From Eisenibacter elegans DSM 3317 (GTDB lineage Bacteria > Bacteroidota > Bacteroidia > Cytophagales > Microscillaceae): a DNA stretch of 64,000 nucleotides. The stretch's first letter is position 1, and every line of letters begins with the position of its first letter. The notes under the pieces are model-generated. The model was not told the DNA's origin, ran no database searches, and saw only the letters and a list, made by a program, of their open reading frames with translations. Below are positions 42,082 through 53,400 of this stretch, one piece after another. The stretch is from assembly GCF_000430505.1 (NCBI RefSeq), contig NZ_AUMD01000021.1:1-64000 (forward strand), given 5' to 3'. The position numbers and the translations under genes were made by a program.

Positions 42082-42770
42082 AGCATCAGCACCAAGATAC
42101 TCAAAAAGTAGAGTATGTCGCGAGAGTCAATCAACCCGCGTCGCAATGACTGGTAATGGTAGTTCATTCCCCATTGACTGACATAATAAGAAAATGCACT
42201 GGTATCGTTGATATTGGCTAGCGAACCAAGACCATCAAACAAGAAAAAGCAAAAGAAAACAGCCAATACAAAGGCCACAATTTGGCTCTCTGTCAGAGAG
42301 GAAGCAAATAAGCCGATGGCCGTAAAAACCGCCCCTAGTAAGAGCAAACCCACATAAGAGCCGATTGTAGCCGCTGTGTCAATATTCCCAACAGGGTTGC
42401 CCAACTGCACCACACTGTAGTAGTAGAGCAAAGTAGGAGCCAAGGCCACACATACCAACAGCCAGCAGGCGAGGTACTTGCCCAAGATAATGTCCCAGTC
42501 ACGCAATGGACGTGTCAATAGCAATTCTAAGGTACCGGTCTTGGCTTCTTCGGCAATGGAGCGCATCGTAATGGCCGGTACCAAGAACATAAATACATAA
42601 GGGCTAAGGCTGAAGAGCGTTTCCATATCGGCATAGCCGGCGTTGAAAATATTGGTTTCGGGGAATACCCACATAAAAAGACCGATACTTGTCAAGAACA
42701 CCGCCATTACCAAATAGGCAATGAGCGAACTAAGGAAACTGACAAATTCTTTGCGTAAGATGGCTAACAT
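42042..42770 (-). CDS. ABC-2 family transporter permease (GldF-like).
   Basis: Six TM segments. The 'MRSIAEEAKTGTLELLLTRP' loop and 'LIDSRDILYF' are as remembered for gliding-motility GldF. The GldF assignment is from memory, not from a search. Confidence 0.7.
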   Translation of the reverse strand: MLAILRKEFVSFLSSLIAYLVMAVFLTSIGLFMWVFPETNIFNAGYADMETLFSLSPYVFMFLVPAITMRSIAEEAKTGTLELLLTRPLRDWDIILGKYLACWLLVCVALAPTLLYYYSVVQLGNPVGNIDTAATIGSYVGLLLLGAVFTAIGLFASSLTESQIVAFVLAVFFCFFLFDGLGSLANINDTSAFSYYVSQWGMNYHYQSLRRGLIDSRDILYFLSILVLMLWATQWRLSSRRA

Positions 42771-42833
42771 AAGCGATTTGGATGGAGGGGGGCGGTGATT
42801 TTTGTAAAATAAATTATGATAATAAAAATAAGA

Positions 42834-43283
42834 TTAGTTGTAATATAATTTAAGCTCATCATCGAGTTTGTCTGCCCACCATTCGAGGTCAGCAATACAG
42901 GTAGCCAGCTCGACATAGTCCATCCCACGGATGTCCCTTTCGTAGGTAGCATATACTTTTTGTGTTCCCTGCATGACAGTCAGCTTTACACCTAGGTTTA
43001 CGTCGTTCATTTCCAGCAGGCGTATCAAAAATTGATTCAGTTGTAAGTCACTAACCTTTGGCAATGGAGCTAAAAAGGAGAATATACGGAGATATTCGCG
43101 GGTTTTGTCATTGCCTATGTCTACGGAGTGTACAAATACTTCGATGGTGGCAGAGCCGTGTTGCCAATGCCAAATTTTGCGTTCGGCATCGTAGGTTTCT
43201 TCTTTGGTCATACCGACAGATTCGACATAGTTCTGAATCATCGCATCTACCAGTTCAATACGAATTTCTTTGATACTTTTCAT
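42834..43283 (-). CDS. YbjN-domain protein (putative sensory-transduction regulator/chaperone-like).
   Basis: 149 aa, acidic C-terminus, 'ATIEVFV...LRIFSFLAP' pattern of the YbjN fold. Confidence 0.6.
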   Translation of the reverse strand: MKSIKEIRIELVDAMIQNYVESVGMTKEETYDAERKIWHWQHGSATIEVFVHSVDIGNDKTREYLRIFSFLAPLPKVSDLQLNQFLIRLLEMNDVNLGVKLTVMQGTQKVYATYERDIRGMDYVELATCIADLEWWADKLDDELKLYYN

Positions 43284-43337
43284 ATGGTGGTTAGTTTAGG
43301 TGCTAAAATCATATAGTTGATGATTGGGGGCTGTATT

Positions 43338-44417
43338 TCAATGCCCTGTTGTTTGGCTTTGATGGCTATACTGCTCCCACTTATCCAGCACGGCTTTGAA
43401 GTCGTCGGGCAAATCGGTTTCAAAATACAGTTTTTTGCCATTGGTTGGGTGCTCAAAGCCCAAAGATTTGGCGTGGAGGGCTTGTCGGGGCATCAGGGCG
43501 AAGCAATTGTCTACAAACTGTTTGTATTTGCTAAAAGGAGTGCCTTTCAGGATTTTATCCCCCCCATAAGTAGCGTCAGCAAAGAGTGGATGCCCTATAT
43601 GTTTGAAATGAGCGCGAATTTGGTGGGTACGTCCGGTTTCGAGGCGGCAGGCAACCAAGGTTACATAACCAAACCGCCGGAGCACTTCGTAGTGTGTGAC
43701 GGCGTGTTTGCCTTCTCCTTCGGGGTAGACCTCAATCACGCGGCGGTCTCTGGGGCTGCGGCCTAGTGGGGCATTGATTGTCCCTTTGTCTTGGGCTACA
43801 TCTCCCCACACCAAGGCATAATACGTACGCTCGATGCTATGGTCATAAAACTGCTTTCCAAGGTGTGTAAGTGCCCATTCGGTCTTACCCACTACCAGCA
43901 GGCCGGAGGTATCCTTATCAATGCGGTGCACAATCCCCGGGCGTCCATCGCCATTGGGTGGCAGATTACGGTAGCGGTGTGCCAAGGCATTGACCAACGT
44001 GCCCGTCCAGTTGGCATAAGCCGGGTGCACTACCATTCCCGCAGGCTTGTTGATAAGCAGCACCTCCTCATCCTCGTGTACTACTTCTAGTACGATGTCT
44101 TCAGGGATAATCTCATTATCGCGTGGGGGCTGTGGCAGCGCCACCACAATCTCATCCAACGGTTTGATACGGTAATTGGCCTTTATACCTTGTCCATTGA
44201 CCTGTACAAAACCCAGTTTGATAGCAGCTTGCACCTTGTTGCGGGAGGCATTGGCTAGTTTTTCGGTTAAAAACTTGTCAATGCGTATCAATCCTTGACC
44301 CTTATCGGCGCGGATACGGTGATGCTCAAACAAGCCCTCGTGCTCCTCGTCGAGTGTGGCCACGCCGTCTACATCCAGCCATTCATCGGCAGCAGGTATA
44401 TCCCTCGTATTGTTCAT
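43338..44417 (-). CDS. rluD: 23S rRNA pseudouridine synthase (RluA family, RluD-like).
   Basis: S4 domain 'KFLTEKLANASRNKVQAAIKLGFVQVNG' and the catalytic 'HRIDKDTSGLLVV'. Start trimmed to the ATG giving 'MNNTRDIP'. Confidence 0.9.
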   Translation of the reverse strand: MNNTRDIPAADEWLDVDGVATLDEEHEGLFEHHRIRADKGQGLIRIDKFLTEKLANASRNKVQAAIKLGFVQVNGQGIKANYRIKPLDEIVVALPQPPRDNEIIPEDIVLEVVHEDEEVLLINKPAGMVVHPAYANWTGTLVNALAHRYRNLPPNGDGRPGIVHRIDKDTSGLLVVGKTEWALTHLGKQFYDHSIERTYYALVWGDVAQDKGTINAPLGRSPRDRRVIEVYPEGEGKHAVTHYEVLRRFGYVTLVACRLETGRTHQIRAHFKHIGHPLFADATYGGDKILKGTPFSKYKQFVDNCFALMPRQALHAKSLGFEHPTNGKKLYFETDLPDDFKAVLDKWEQYSHQSQTTGH

Positions 44418-44756
44418 AATACAAAAATACAAAAAGCCGAATGATTAACGTATCTGGATTGGGTTTTTGTATAGAGCGGATACCTTGGGTGGGTTTTTAG
44501 AAGGATTTTATGCCAAGGCTTATTTGATTTTCTTGAGGGTGTTCAACATATACGGTTTAAGAGCTTGTCTAAATTTTCAGCGCGGCACTCAAAACAGTTG
44601 ATTTTCGTATTATTACTAAACTAGGCAAAAAGCGCAGGCTTTATGCATAGTCCACGATTTTAATCGTGGGAGGGCTATGACGAATATTTTTAACGAACTA
44701 GCAGTCAAAAAGCAGTGTTTTGGTGTCGATGAAGATAATTTTAGACAAGTGCTAGG

Positions 44757-45968
44757 CTAATTTTGATTGGATATGGATGATACGTTAGCACAAGCCAAAG
44801 GCTCAGGTGGTCTGCCACGACGGAGTAGAGGGGTAGCGGTTTGTAAACAAGCCATTAATGCATTCGCCAAAATTTGTGCAAGCTTTACAGGAACGGCGTT
44901 TCCAAGCTGTCGCATAGCCTCAGACCAAACACCACTGATATGATAGTCATCAGAAAAAGTTTGCAACCTCTTGGCCTCCAATATGGTGAGATACCTGACA
45001 TCGCCGGTTTCCCAGCGAATCATATTTTCCCCACCAGGAACACCATGGTTGCCAGCCTTGATGGTTTTGGACGGAAGGTCGATATAGCTGCCGGTATGTC
45101 CCGGATAAATTTTTGCCCCTGCTCTGAAGTAATGATCAGGGTGATAGTGAGGCGAGCTTTCAGGGCAAGGAAGATCAGAAATAGCCTCTCGGAGTGTTAC
45201 CCACGGCTTTAGAGGGGGGGCAAATAGCCCATACTTGCGCTTGAGCCGTGTACCAACCATATGTATTTGGGCTTTAATACTTTCAGGGACGGGAGTCGAT
45301 AGCCGATCCCAGTAATCTGTTTCAACATATTGTATCCACTTGAGCGCATCAACATCGTGTGTAGGAGTCGGGAACTGCCATTGGCAGGCCAAATCAGTCC
45401 TGATACCTACGATAAACACCCGTTCACGGATTTGTGGCACACCATAATCCGCCGCATTCATTAGTTGATAAGAGACGCTATATCCTAGCCCTTGATATGT
45501 ATGAGGAGTCAATGCCAGTAATCTGGTATAATGTGATTGCCAAGGCTCATTTTTGATTATCTCAACTTCGGGGTAGGTAAGTTGTAACAGAATATAGTCA
45601 AGATAGGGCTTAAAGTTACTACGCAAAAGTCCTTTCACGTTCTCCAATACAAAGGCTTTGGGTGCTAGGGTACGGATTGCTTGGACTGCTGCCGGAAACA
45701 TATCACGTGTATCTTGATAGCCCTGATGCTTCCCTCCTAACGAAAAAGGCTGGCAAGGAGGGCCGCCGGTGATTACGTCGACATCAGACAAGGTATTAAA
45801 ATCAAAGTTGCGAACATCTCCCTCAAATATGGATGTTTGGGGGTAGTTGTATCGTAAAGTCTCACAAGCATCTTTTTGGTGCTCTACCATGGCACAGTGC
45901 TCAAAACCTGCTAAGGAAAACCCTGCGGCCAAACCACCAGCGCCAGAAAATAGCTCAAGATTTCGCAT
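44757..45968 (-). CDS. DNA (cytosine-5)-methyltransferase of a type II R-M system.
   Basis: Motif I 'FSGAGGLAAGF', motif IV 'PPCQPFS', motif VI 'ENVKGL'. Start trimmed to 'MRNLELFSG'. Confidence 0.9.
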   Translation of the reverse strand: MRNLELFSGAGGLAAGFSLAGFEHCAMVEHQKDACETLRYNYPQTSIFEGDVRNFDFNTLSDVDVITGGPPCQPFSLGGKHQGYQDTRDMFPAAVQAIRTLAPKAFVLENVKGLLRSNFKPYLDYILLQLTYPEVEIIKNEPWQSHYTRLLALTPHTYQGLGYSVSYQLMNAADYGVPQIRERVFIVGIRTDLACQWQFPTPTHDVDALKWIQYVETDYWDRLSTPVPESIKAQIHMVGTRLKRKYGLFAPPLKPWVTLREAISDLPCPESSPHYHPDHYFRAGAKIYPGHTGSYIDLPSKTIKAGNHGVPGGENMIRWETGDVRYLTILEAKRLQTFSDDYHISGVWSEAMRQLGNAVPVKLAQILANALMACLQTATPLLRRGRPPEPLACANVSSISNQN

Positions 45969-46542
45969 TGGTTTGGTTGAGAAATGTTCGAAAATAAGAG
46001 TTGATTTTATATAAAATTTCAGAATAATTCGATGATACACCTAAGCATTTTTCAGCCCAAGGCCTACTAGAGTGTAATACATCCCAATCAGATTTGGCTT
46101 GATTGTAGCGTCCTGAGTCAGGGTCGTGATTACCAAAACCATCAATAACAGCGTTCCAAAGCGGTTTTTGACTTTGAATGATGGCAGCCTCTACGGTGCT
46201 GATGAGATAACTTGTGCTGCCCTCCAAAATCATCAAACGACAATAGAAGTCCTCTGAGGACAAGCTCTGTACTTGGTTAATGCTTTTGAGATGCTCTTTG
46301 AGCCGTTGGTATAGTTCAAAAGAAGAAGTGGCTGAGATATTTGAAATTGGAATGCCTTGTCTCCAGCCTCTAGGAACGGCTTTACCAACATAAATAGCCC
46401 GACGAAAGGCGTGTTGATTTTCTTTACTGAGTGTTTGGTAAGGAGTAAATTCACCGGTATAGTACAACGCATATACCCTTGCTCCACTAAAACGCTCTAA
46501 TGATGGCAAAGGGTAAGCCGGAGTACTGACAAAAAAAGCCAA
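45955..46542 (-). CDS. GIY-YIG restriction endonuclease (Eco29kI/NgoMIII-like). The start codon is uncertain (TTG).
   Basis: 'RVYALYY..(19 aa)..AIYVGKA' is a GIY...YIG motif. It is followed by conserved Arg and 'E..(12)..N' ('VEAAIIQSQKPLWN'). Overlaps the methyltransferase gene by 14 nt, as in the Eco29kI system. Confidence 0.65.
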   Translation of the reverse strand: MAFFVSTPAYPLPSLERFSGARVYALYYTGEFTPYQTLSKENQHAFRRAIYVGKAVPRGWRQGIPISNISATSSFELYQRLKEHLKSINQVQSLSSEDFYCRLMILEGSTSYLISTVEAAIIQSQKPLWNAVIDGFGNHDPDSGRYNQAKSDWDVLHSSRPWAEKCLGVSSNYSEILYKINSYFRTFLNQTNAKS

Positions 46543-46765
46543 TGCTTCCTGAATAACAGTTTACAGTAGCTTGTTATGGTAGATATGTGCCTGTCGATTC
46601 AAAAGAGCGAGTATTTGATTTGCTTGTAAACAACACGTAAAAATATCGATTTTTGAACAAATACTGCCTGTTAAAGCAGCGTAGTTTTTGTGTATTAATA
46701 GCAACACACCCCGTACTTATAGCGCACGGGGTGTGGAGATGGAAAAGTCCAGATGTAAATACGCT

Positions 46766-49700
46766 TTAATTTTTCAACACCTTTACGAGGTAGCGCTCTT
46801 GGCCACACACAAACTCCAAAAACTGTATTCCGGCAGGCCAGCGGCTGATGTCGATGCGCTGCTCCCACTGATAGTCTAGCTTTTCGCCGGTTTGGAGCAA
46901 GGTTTTGGCTCCTGTCGGGCTGATGTGGTAGAGCCGGTATGCACCCTGGTCAGGCGTTTGCAGGCGCAGGGTCGTTTGGGTTTGCGCCGGATTGGGGTAG
47001 GCATCGGCGCTAGGCTCCACCCCTTCGGCAAGGCCGGTAACGGTGATGACCACTGCCGCAGAGGTAACCGAGCAGTTGCCCGTCGTAACAACGACAAAGT
47101 ACGTTCCGGCGTTGGTAGGGCGGAAGCTGTCGAGGTTGGCTCCTTCAATCGCCTGCCCATTGCGGAACCATTGGTAGCGGGTAGCGCCCAAGATTGATGC
47201 TACCAGTAAATCGCCATCGCGGATGACACGTAATGGGGGAGCTTGGTTGAAAATGGCTATCAGCGGAATGCTGGCCGAGCGGATACAGTCTCCTGATGCC
47301 ACGGTACAGGTATACTCTCCGTCTTGAGTGGCGTAATAATCCCGTTGGGTAGCCCCCGGAATCAGGACACCATTGCGTGCCCACTGGATGCTACCACGGG
47401 TAACATTGGTCGTCAGGCTGAGCAATACGCTTTTGTCCGTACAGATGCTGCGGTCGTTGTTGTCCTTGGTCAGCAACACGAGGATGTTACATACCGAACG
47501 CCCAAACGAAGGCTCACTATAGGGTGATTCTCCTCCTTCGTTAGCAGCCCGAATACGGTAGAAGTATAGCGTACGGGGCTGTAGACTCAGGTCTTGATAA
47601 GAGGTTTGATCACCATTGATTTGGGCGATTTCTACAAAATTATTAGTATCCAAAGCAGAGCGTTCTAGGCGGTAGTAGAGGTCCTCATTACCAAAATTAC
47701 GCACCTCCTGAAAACTCCACGTAATGTTGAGCTCTTGTTCTGATACTTCATTAACACTCAGATTGGTAGGACGTGTGTTTGGGGGAGCCACCTCCGGATT
47801 GCGCAAGGTAAAGGCACGCACTACTTCGCTGGCCGGAGAACTGCCATTGGCATTGCGGGCACGAATACGGAAACGGTACAAACGGTTGGGACGCAAACCG
47901 GTAGCGCTGTAACTCGTGGTATTGGCGGGCAGTATGGCCACTTCCACAAAGCGCCCGTCGTTAGTCTCTATAGAGGCCATTTCTACACTAAATTGGGTCA
48001 CATTGTTGGCTGTGTTGGTCCAGCTAAGGACCATTTGTGTCGAACTTGAAACTGTCAACACAGGGTTGACCGGTATTAAGGGAACATCTGCGGTAGTGGC
48101 TGCGGCAATGTTACTATAGTCAGAATCTCCACCACTGGTGTTAAAAGACACAATGCGATAATAATAAGTCACATTGGCAGAGAGGTTGGTATCGGTTGTG
48201 CGCGTAGCCCCACGGTTGAGGGTCTGTACTGCGGCAAAACCTTCATTAGGATTGGTAGAGCGCTCTAGGCGGAAGCCCTCTTCATCGAAGGAATTGTCTT
48301 GCCAAGTCAACAAAATAGAAGACAAAGACAGAGGCGCTGCCGTCAAGCCCGTGGGGCGGAAGGGCGGGGTAGACAAGGTCTGGACGGAACTTTCAGCACT
48401 CGGAGGAGACTCTCCTCCTTCATTAAAAGCACGAACCTGATACCGGTATATCACGCCGGGCTGTAAATTATTATCCTCAAAGATCAATTGATTGCTCAGT
48501 GTCGAACCAATTAGCTTAAAGTTATTCTCGGTTCCGTCAGGAGCTCTCAGGATACTGAAGCCTAAATGGGTTGCTCCGGCGTATGTCCAAGTTAGCCGCA
48601 CGCGGGTAGCACTTAGTGCTGTGGCTACGAGACCCGTAGGAGAAGTGTTTGGTGCTGCACGAAAGGTGCGCGCTGTCGCAATGTTGCTAGGGCTAGAGTT
48701 GAGTGGGCCGTTCTGTGCCACGATGCGGTAGAAGTAGCTCGTGCCCGGAACGCCTGTATCGTCTAAGTAAAAAGTAGTATTGGCCGCCAGAGTAGCCACT
48801 GTGGTGTTGATATTTACACTATCCGTACCCCGTAAGACAGCAAAGTTGAGCTCATCCAATGAATTATCTTGCCAGAAAAGCTCTATCCCACTGCTCGTAG
48901 CTTGTGCTGTCAGGTTAGTAGGGGGCGCTAAAGTATTCGGGGGAAGGGCTGTAGGGGTATATGTTATCATATACTGCATCCCGGTAATATCACTGTAAGG
49001 AATAGTACCTGCAAAAATAAGGCATTCAGGTTGACCTCCCTCACAATCTAAAAACAACACCGGTGGGTCTGGAAAAGGAGTCCAAGTACCGTTGATATCG
49101 TTTGGAGGACGGTAGAATAGCCGGTAGTCCGATAGGTTGCCGCTAGGGAGAGGGTTTGCTCCATTTACCTTCAGGTTGAGGGCATTGATACTACTCAACG
49201 GTGGTATAGGCGACTCTCTATTGATTACCACCCAAGAGCGCGTGCCCAGCGCATTGGCAGGCGGGTTGGCGGTGTTGTCAAAGGCATAAACCGCGAAGGC
49301 ATCCGTGCCGTCCGTAAATGGGAAGTCAGCTTTCAACCCCGCAAGAATTGTGAGTGCATCTGCTCCAAAGAAGACAGTACTATCACTCACAAACCCGGGC
49401 TGCGCTCCTACCGGAGCGGTAGACGGAATCAACGCTGCGCTGCCTTCTACATCTATGAAGGAGTCAGGAGTAAAGTCAGGAAAGTTCGCCTCAGGGGTAG
49501 AAAAATCTGTATAAAAAATCAAGTTACCATCACTTAAATCCGGCCTACCATAGATGAGTCGACCAAAGTCAGCCTCGTAGCTTTTGGCGCTGTTGTAAAT
49601 CTTGAGTTCATCCATTTCTCCTTGAAAAAGACTTTCAGGTGGAATGTTCAAAACACCACCAAGTGTCAAAGATCCCGGATTCGGTAAGGATATTCCAAAG

Positions 49701-50167
49701 GCGGATTGGGATTGTCCTCCTGCCAATTTACCGTTGATAAAAATAAAGGCCTGTGAAGTCGTCAGATCGTTTTTTACTACCACCGCAATATGACTCCAAA
49801 CATCCAAAGGAATGGGAAAATTGGAGGTCATATCGATGTCATTCGTCCCATCATTATAAATAAAAACAGTAATCTCATCGTTACTGGCCAACCCAATGCG
49901 GATATTTGCAGGATTGAACCCTGCCTGAAAAAGTAGCTGTCCAACCCCCCCTTGCGTCGGTTTTACCCAAAACATAATGGTGAAGTTACCTTCACTCAAT
50001 CCTGAAGTGTAGTCTCCAGCAAATTGGACGATAGTGCTACCATCAAAAGAAATAGTATTACCACGACCTGCTTGGCCTGCACAAAGAAGTGGCTGAAGCC
50101 ATAGTCCCAGGCAGAGGCCGTAGTACCAAAAGTGGGAGTTGAAAGGCAATTTATAGGTCAATTTCAT
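46766..50167 (-). CDS. Large secreted cell-surface protein with a LamG/ConA-like N-terminal domain, multiple FN3 and Ig-like domains, and a T9SS C-terminal sorting domain.
   Basis: Signal peptide. Repeated FN3 signatures ('YYYRI', 'YRFRIRA', 'YFYRIRAANEGGESP'). A C-terminal 'YPNPAQTQTTLRLQ...' Por-secretion tail. Confidence 0.85.
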   Translation of the reverse strand: MKLTYKLPFNSHFWYYGLCLGLWLQPLLCAGQAGRGNTISFDGSTIVQFAGDYTSGLSEGNFTIMFWVKPTQGGVGQLLFQAGFNPANIRIGLASNDEITVFIYNDGTNDIDMTSNFPIPLDVWSHIAVVVKNDLTTSQAFIFINGKLAGGQSQSAFGISLPNPGSLTLGGVLNIPPESLFQGEMDELKIYNSAKSYEADFGRLIYGRPDLSDGNLIFYTDFSTPEANFPDFTPDSFIDVEGSAALIPSTAPVGAQPGFVSDSTVFFGADALTILAGLKADFPFTDGTDAFAVYAFDNTANPPANALGTRSWVVINRESPIPPLSSINALNLKVNGANPLPSGNLSDYRLFYRPPNDINGTWTPFPDPPVLFLDCEGGQPECLIFAGTIPYSDITGMQYMITYTPTALPPNTLAPPTNLTAQATSSGIELFWQDNSLDELNFAVLRGTDSVNINTTVATLAANTTFYLDDTGVPGTSYFYRIVAQNGPLNSSPSNIATARTFRAAPNTSPTGLVATALSATRVRLTWTYAGATHLGFSILRAPDGTENNFKLIGSTLSNQLIFEDNNLQPGVIYRYQVRAFNEGGESPPSAESSVQTLSTPPFRPTGLTAAPLSLSSILLTWQDNSFDEEGFRLERSTNPNEGFAAVQTLNRGATRTTDTNLSANVTYYYRIVSFNTSGGDSDYSNIAAATTADVPLIPVNPVLTVSSSTQMVLSWTNTANNVTQFSVEMASIETNDGRFVEVAILPANTTSYSATGLRPNRLYRFRIRARNANGSSPASEVVRAFTLRNPEVAPPNTRPTNLSVNEVSEQELNITWSFQEVRNFGNEDLYYRLERSALDTNNFVEIAQINGDQTSYQDLSLQPRTLYFYRIRAANEGGESPYSEPSFGRSVCNILVLLTKDNNDRSICTDKSVLLSLTTNVTRGSIQWARNGVLIPGATQRDYYATQDGEYTCTVASGDCIRSASIPLIAIFNQAPPLRVIRDGDLLVASILGATRYQWFRNGQAIEGANLDSFRPTNAGTYFVVVTTGNCSVTSAAVVITVTGLAEGVEPSADAYPNPAQTQTTLRLQTPDQGAYRLYHISPTGAKTLLQTGEKLDYQWEQRIDISRWPAGIQFLEFVCGQERYLVKVLKN

Positions 50168-50420
50168 AAGGCAAGAGGTTTTTCAAACATACTAAGGGCA
50201 TTTTAATCAAATGATACGACAAAATTAAGCAAAATGTGTTCTGAGTAAGGTAGAGACTTTATCAATACGACAAATGAATTTACCGAGGAGGGCAAAATGC
50301 AAAAAATCGTCAGTAATGCGGGTAGCGGGGTACATTTTACCCAAATCCAAAAAAGTGTTCGAAATTTGTATATTGCAGCAATGCTTTCTGTCAAGAAGAG
50401 GCTAACGGAAGCATAGGGCT

Positions 50421-53400
50421 ATGAGTAATTGCGGCGATGCGTTGAGAAGCATCCTTTCTGTGTATGATGACGGTATTGGTCGCGGGCTTTATCCTTGGCT
50501 ATGTCGGCTGTGCCTTGGGTTTGGGATGTATTGCTTTTTGTTGGGGGCAGAGGCGCAGGCGCAGTCCAACCTGCGAGAGCGTGAAGTACCTTTTCAGACC
50601 GAGCCTTTTGTGCTGGACTCCCTGACGGCCATCCCGGCCACGTTGGAGGCCGAAGTATCTGGCTGGCGCTTAGACTACAATCCCCAAACGCGCCAAGCGC
50701 AGTGGCTTCCTCTTGACCCCAACAACCTTGTGCCGCCTCCCGCCACAGTACGGCTACGCTATCGGGTGCTGCCGGCGGCGCTGGATCAGCCCTTCAGTCT
50801 GCGCCAACTGCCCGACCCTAAGGACTCGATTGAGATTTTGGAAGCCCAACTCTTGCTCGAACAAAGCCAATTACAAGCCTTGGGCGGGGTAGAGCCTACA
50901 GCCCTTTTTGATGTACCCAACCTCCAAAAAAGCGGGGCAATCAGTAGGGGGATTCGCTTTGCCAACAATCAGAATGTCTTTGTCAATTCGACCCTCAACC
51001 TACAACTCGATGGCCAACTCACGCCCGACATCCGTGTGCGGGCTTCCATCACCGATCAAAATGTTCCCTTTGAGCCGGAGGGCAATACACAGTTTATCCA
51101 AGATTTTGACCGTATTTTTATCCAATTTGCCCACCGCAATGGCACGCTCAGCATTGGGGATATTGTGTTGCAAAATCCACGATACACCTACTTCTCACGC
51201 TATTACAAAAATGTGCAGGGAGCCCTGCTCGAAACCCAATACCAAGCCCTCAAGGGGCAGCAAACCCGCAGCGCGATTGGGGTGGCCATCCCCAAGGGCA
51301 AGTTTGCCTCTGTCGAAATCCCTCCGCTCGAAGGAGTGCAGGGGCCATACCGCATCCCGGGGGTAGCCGGAGAGTTATTTTTGCTTATTCTGGCCAACTC
51401 CGAAAAAGTGTTTCTTGATGGGCGACAGCTGCAACGGGGCTTCGACCTCGACTATGTCATCAACTACAACACTGCCGAGATTACCTTCAATCCGCATATC
51501 CTCATCACCCGGTTTTCGCGCTTGCGTATCGACTATGAGTACTCCGATCGCAACTATGGCCGCACTGCTACCACTGCCCGACACTCACAGACCTTTGGCG
51601 AGCAGCAACAGCATCAGGTGTGGGTCAATTTTTATCAAGAGGCCGACAATCCGCGCAACCCGCTTGGCTTTGAGTTGGGCGAGGCCGCAAGGCGTACCTT
51701 GGCCGAGGTGGAGCAAGGGCAGCGCCAAGCCCTCCTGCCGCTGGCCGACTCGGTTGGGTTTTCGCCCAACCGAGTATTGTACCGCCGGACAGACACGCTG
51801 GTCAATGGCATTGTATACGCCAATGTGTTTGTGTTTAGCACTGACCCTACGCAAGCTGTGTTTGAAGTGCCTTTTACCCAAGTAGGGCAGGGGCAGGGCA
51901 ATTACGTACGCGCCCAAGGCACGGTCAATGGGCAGGTTTTTCGGTGGGTAGCCCCCCTCAACGGTATCCCACAGGGCGACTTTGAGGCGGTTCGTCCGGT
52001 AGCCCTGCCTGAGCGGCGGCAACTGACAGAGTTTGGGGCACATTGGCAGCTCAGCCCTTATGAGCGCCTGACGGGACAGGCCGCCTGGGCCAATTTTGAC
52101 AACAACCTCTTCTCCCAAGCTGCCGAACAGCGCTGGGCTTTCAAGACAGGCTTGCTGAGTCAGGGCAGGGCGGTTGGGCGTTGGCTTCCGGGCTTTAGCT
52201 GGTATTTGGCCACCGACTATGAGTACAATGAAGAAAGCTTCACCCCCATCGACCGCTTCCGTAGTATCGAGTTTGAGCGCGATTGGTCGCCGAATCTGGC
52301 GGACTCGCTGCCCACCGCCGACCGTATTTTCAACCTCACCCTCGGCATCGAGCGTCGCCCGCAGGTACAGCCCACCCCTCGCGATGCGCTCGACTCCTTG
52401 GCAACCCCCACCCTGACCGACAGCCTCGGCCTCTGGGACGATGGGCTGGCCGAAGTGCAGCGCATCGCCGCCCGACAGGAGCAAATCGCCCAACCCTTGC
52501 TCTCCCAACAAAGCCCTCAGGGCGAGCGCTGGCTCTACCGCCTCAGCACCCGCGAGCGGGGGGGGCAAATCAGTGGCTGGCAACAAGAGGCCGACATCTA
52601 CCAAACCGCCGGAGCCTGGGCTCTGCGAGCCAACTTCTGGCAGCTCGAAAACGAGCTGCCCACCCTGCGAGCCGATTGGCAGCGCCTGCTGGCCGACCTA
52701 AGCCGTAATACTGCCCTTGGGCGCATAGGTTATCGGTTTGAGTCTGACAAACACCGCTTTAGTGAGCGCAGCACGCAGGCCGTACTCAGCAGCCTGATGT
52801 ATTTTGACTCCCACACAGCCTACTGGCAAAGCAGCCCCGAAGCCAAGCTTGTACAACTTCAACTCTCCTACACCTTTAGAGAAGACTACCTGCCCCTCGA
52901 TGGGGAAATAGCCCCCTTTATCGGCTCCCACAATTTCAGCCTACAAAGTCGTTGGCTTTTTGCCCAAGAGCAGCAGCGCCTCCAAACAGTATTGACTTAC
53001 CGCAGCCTGTTAGACCGCCAAAACACCGAGATGGAAGAGCCGCCCGCACTCAGTGCCCGCCTAGACTGGACGGCCAACTGGCTTCAACGCCTGCTCCGTA
53101 CCGAGCTCAATTGGCAGACTGCCACTGGCAGGGAGCTAAGGCGTGAGTTTGTCTTTATCCCCGTTAACAATGGTGAGGGTACACATACTTGGCGCGACGA
53201 CAACGGCGATGGCATCCAAGACCTCAATGAGTTTTACTTGGCCGTAAACCCCGACGAGCGCAACTTCATCAAAATCTTTTTGCCCACCAACGACTATGTG
53301 CAGTCTTTCAACACCCTGCTGTCTTTCAGGTTGAGCTGGGATGCCCCCCGGACCTGGCGCAAAGCACAGGGCTGGAAAGGACTGCTGGGCAGGTTTTCGC

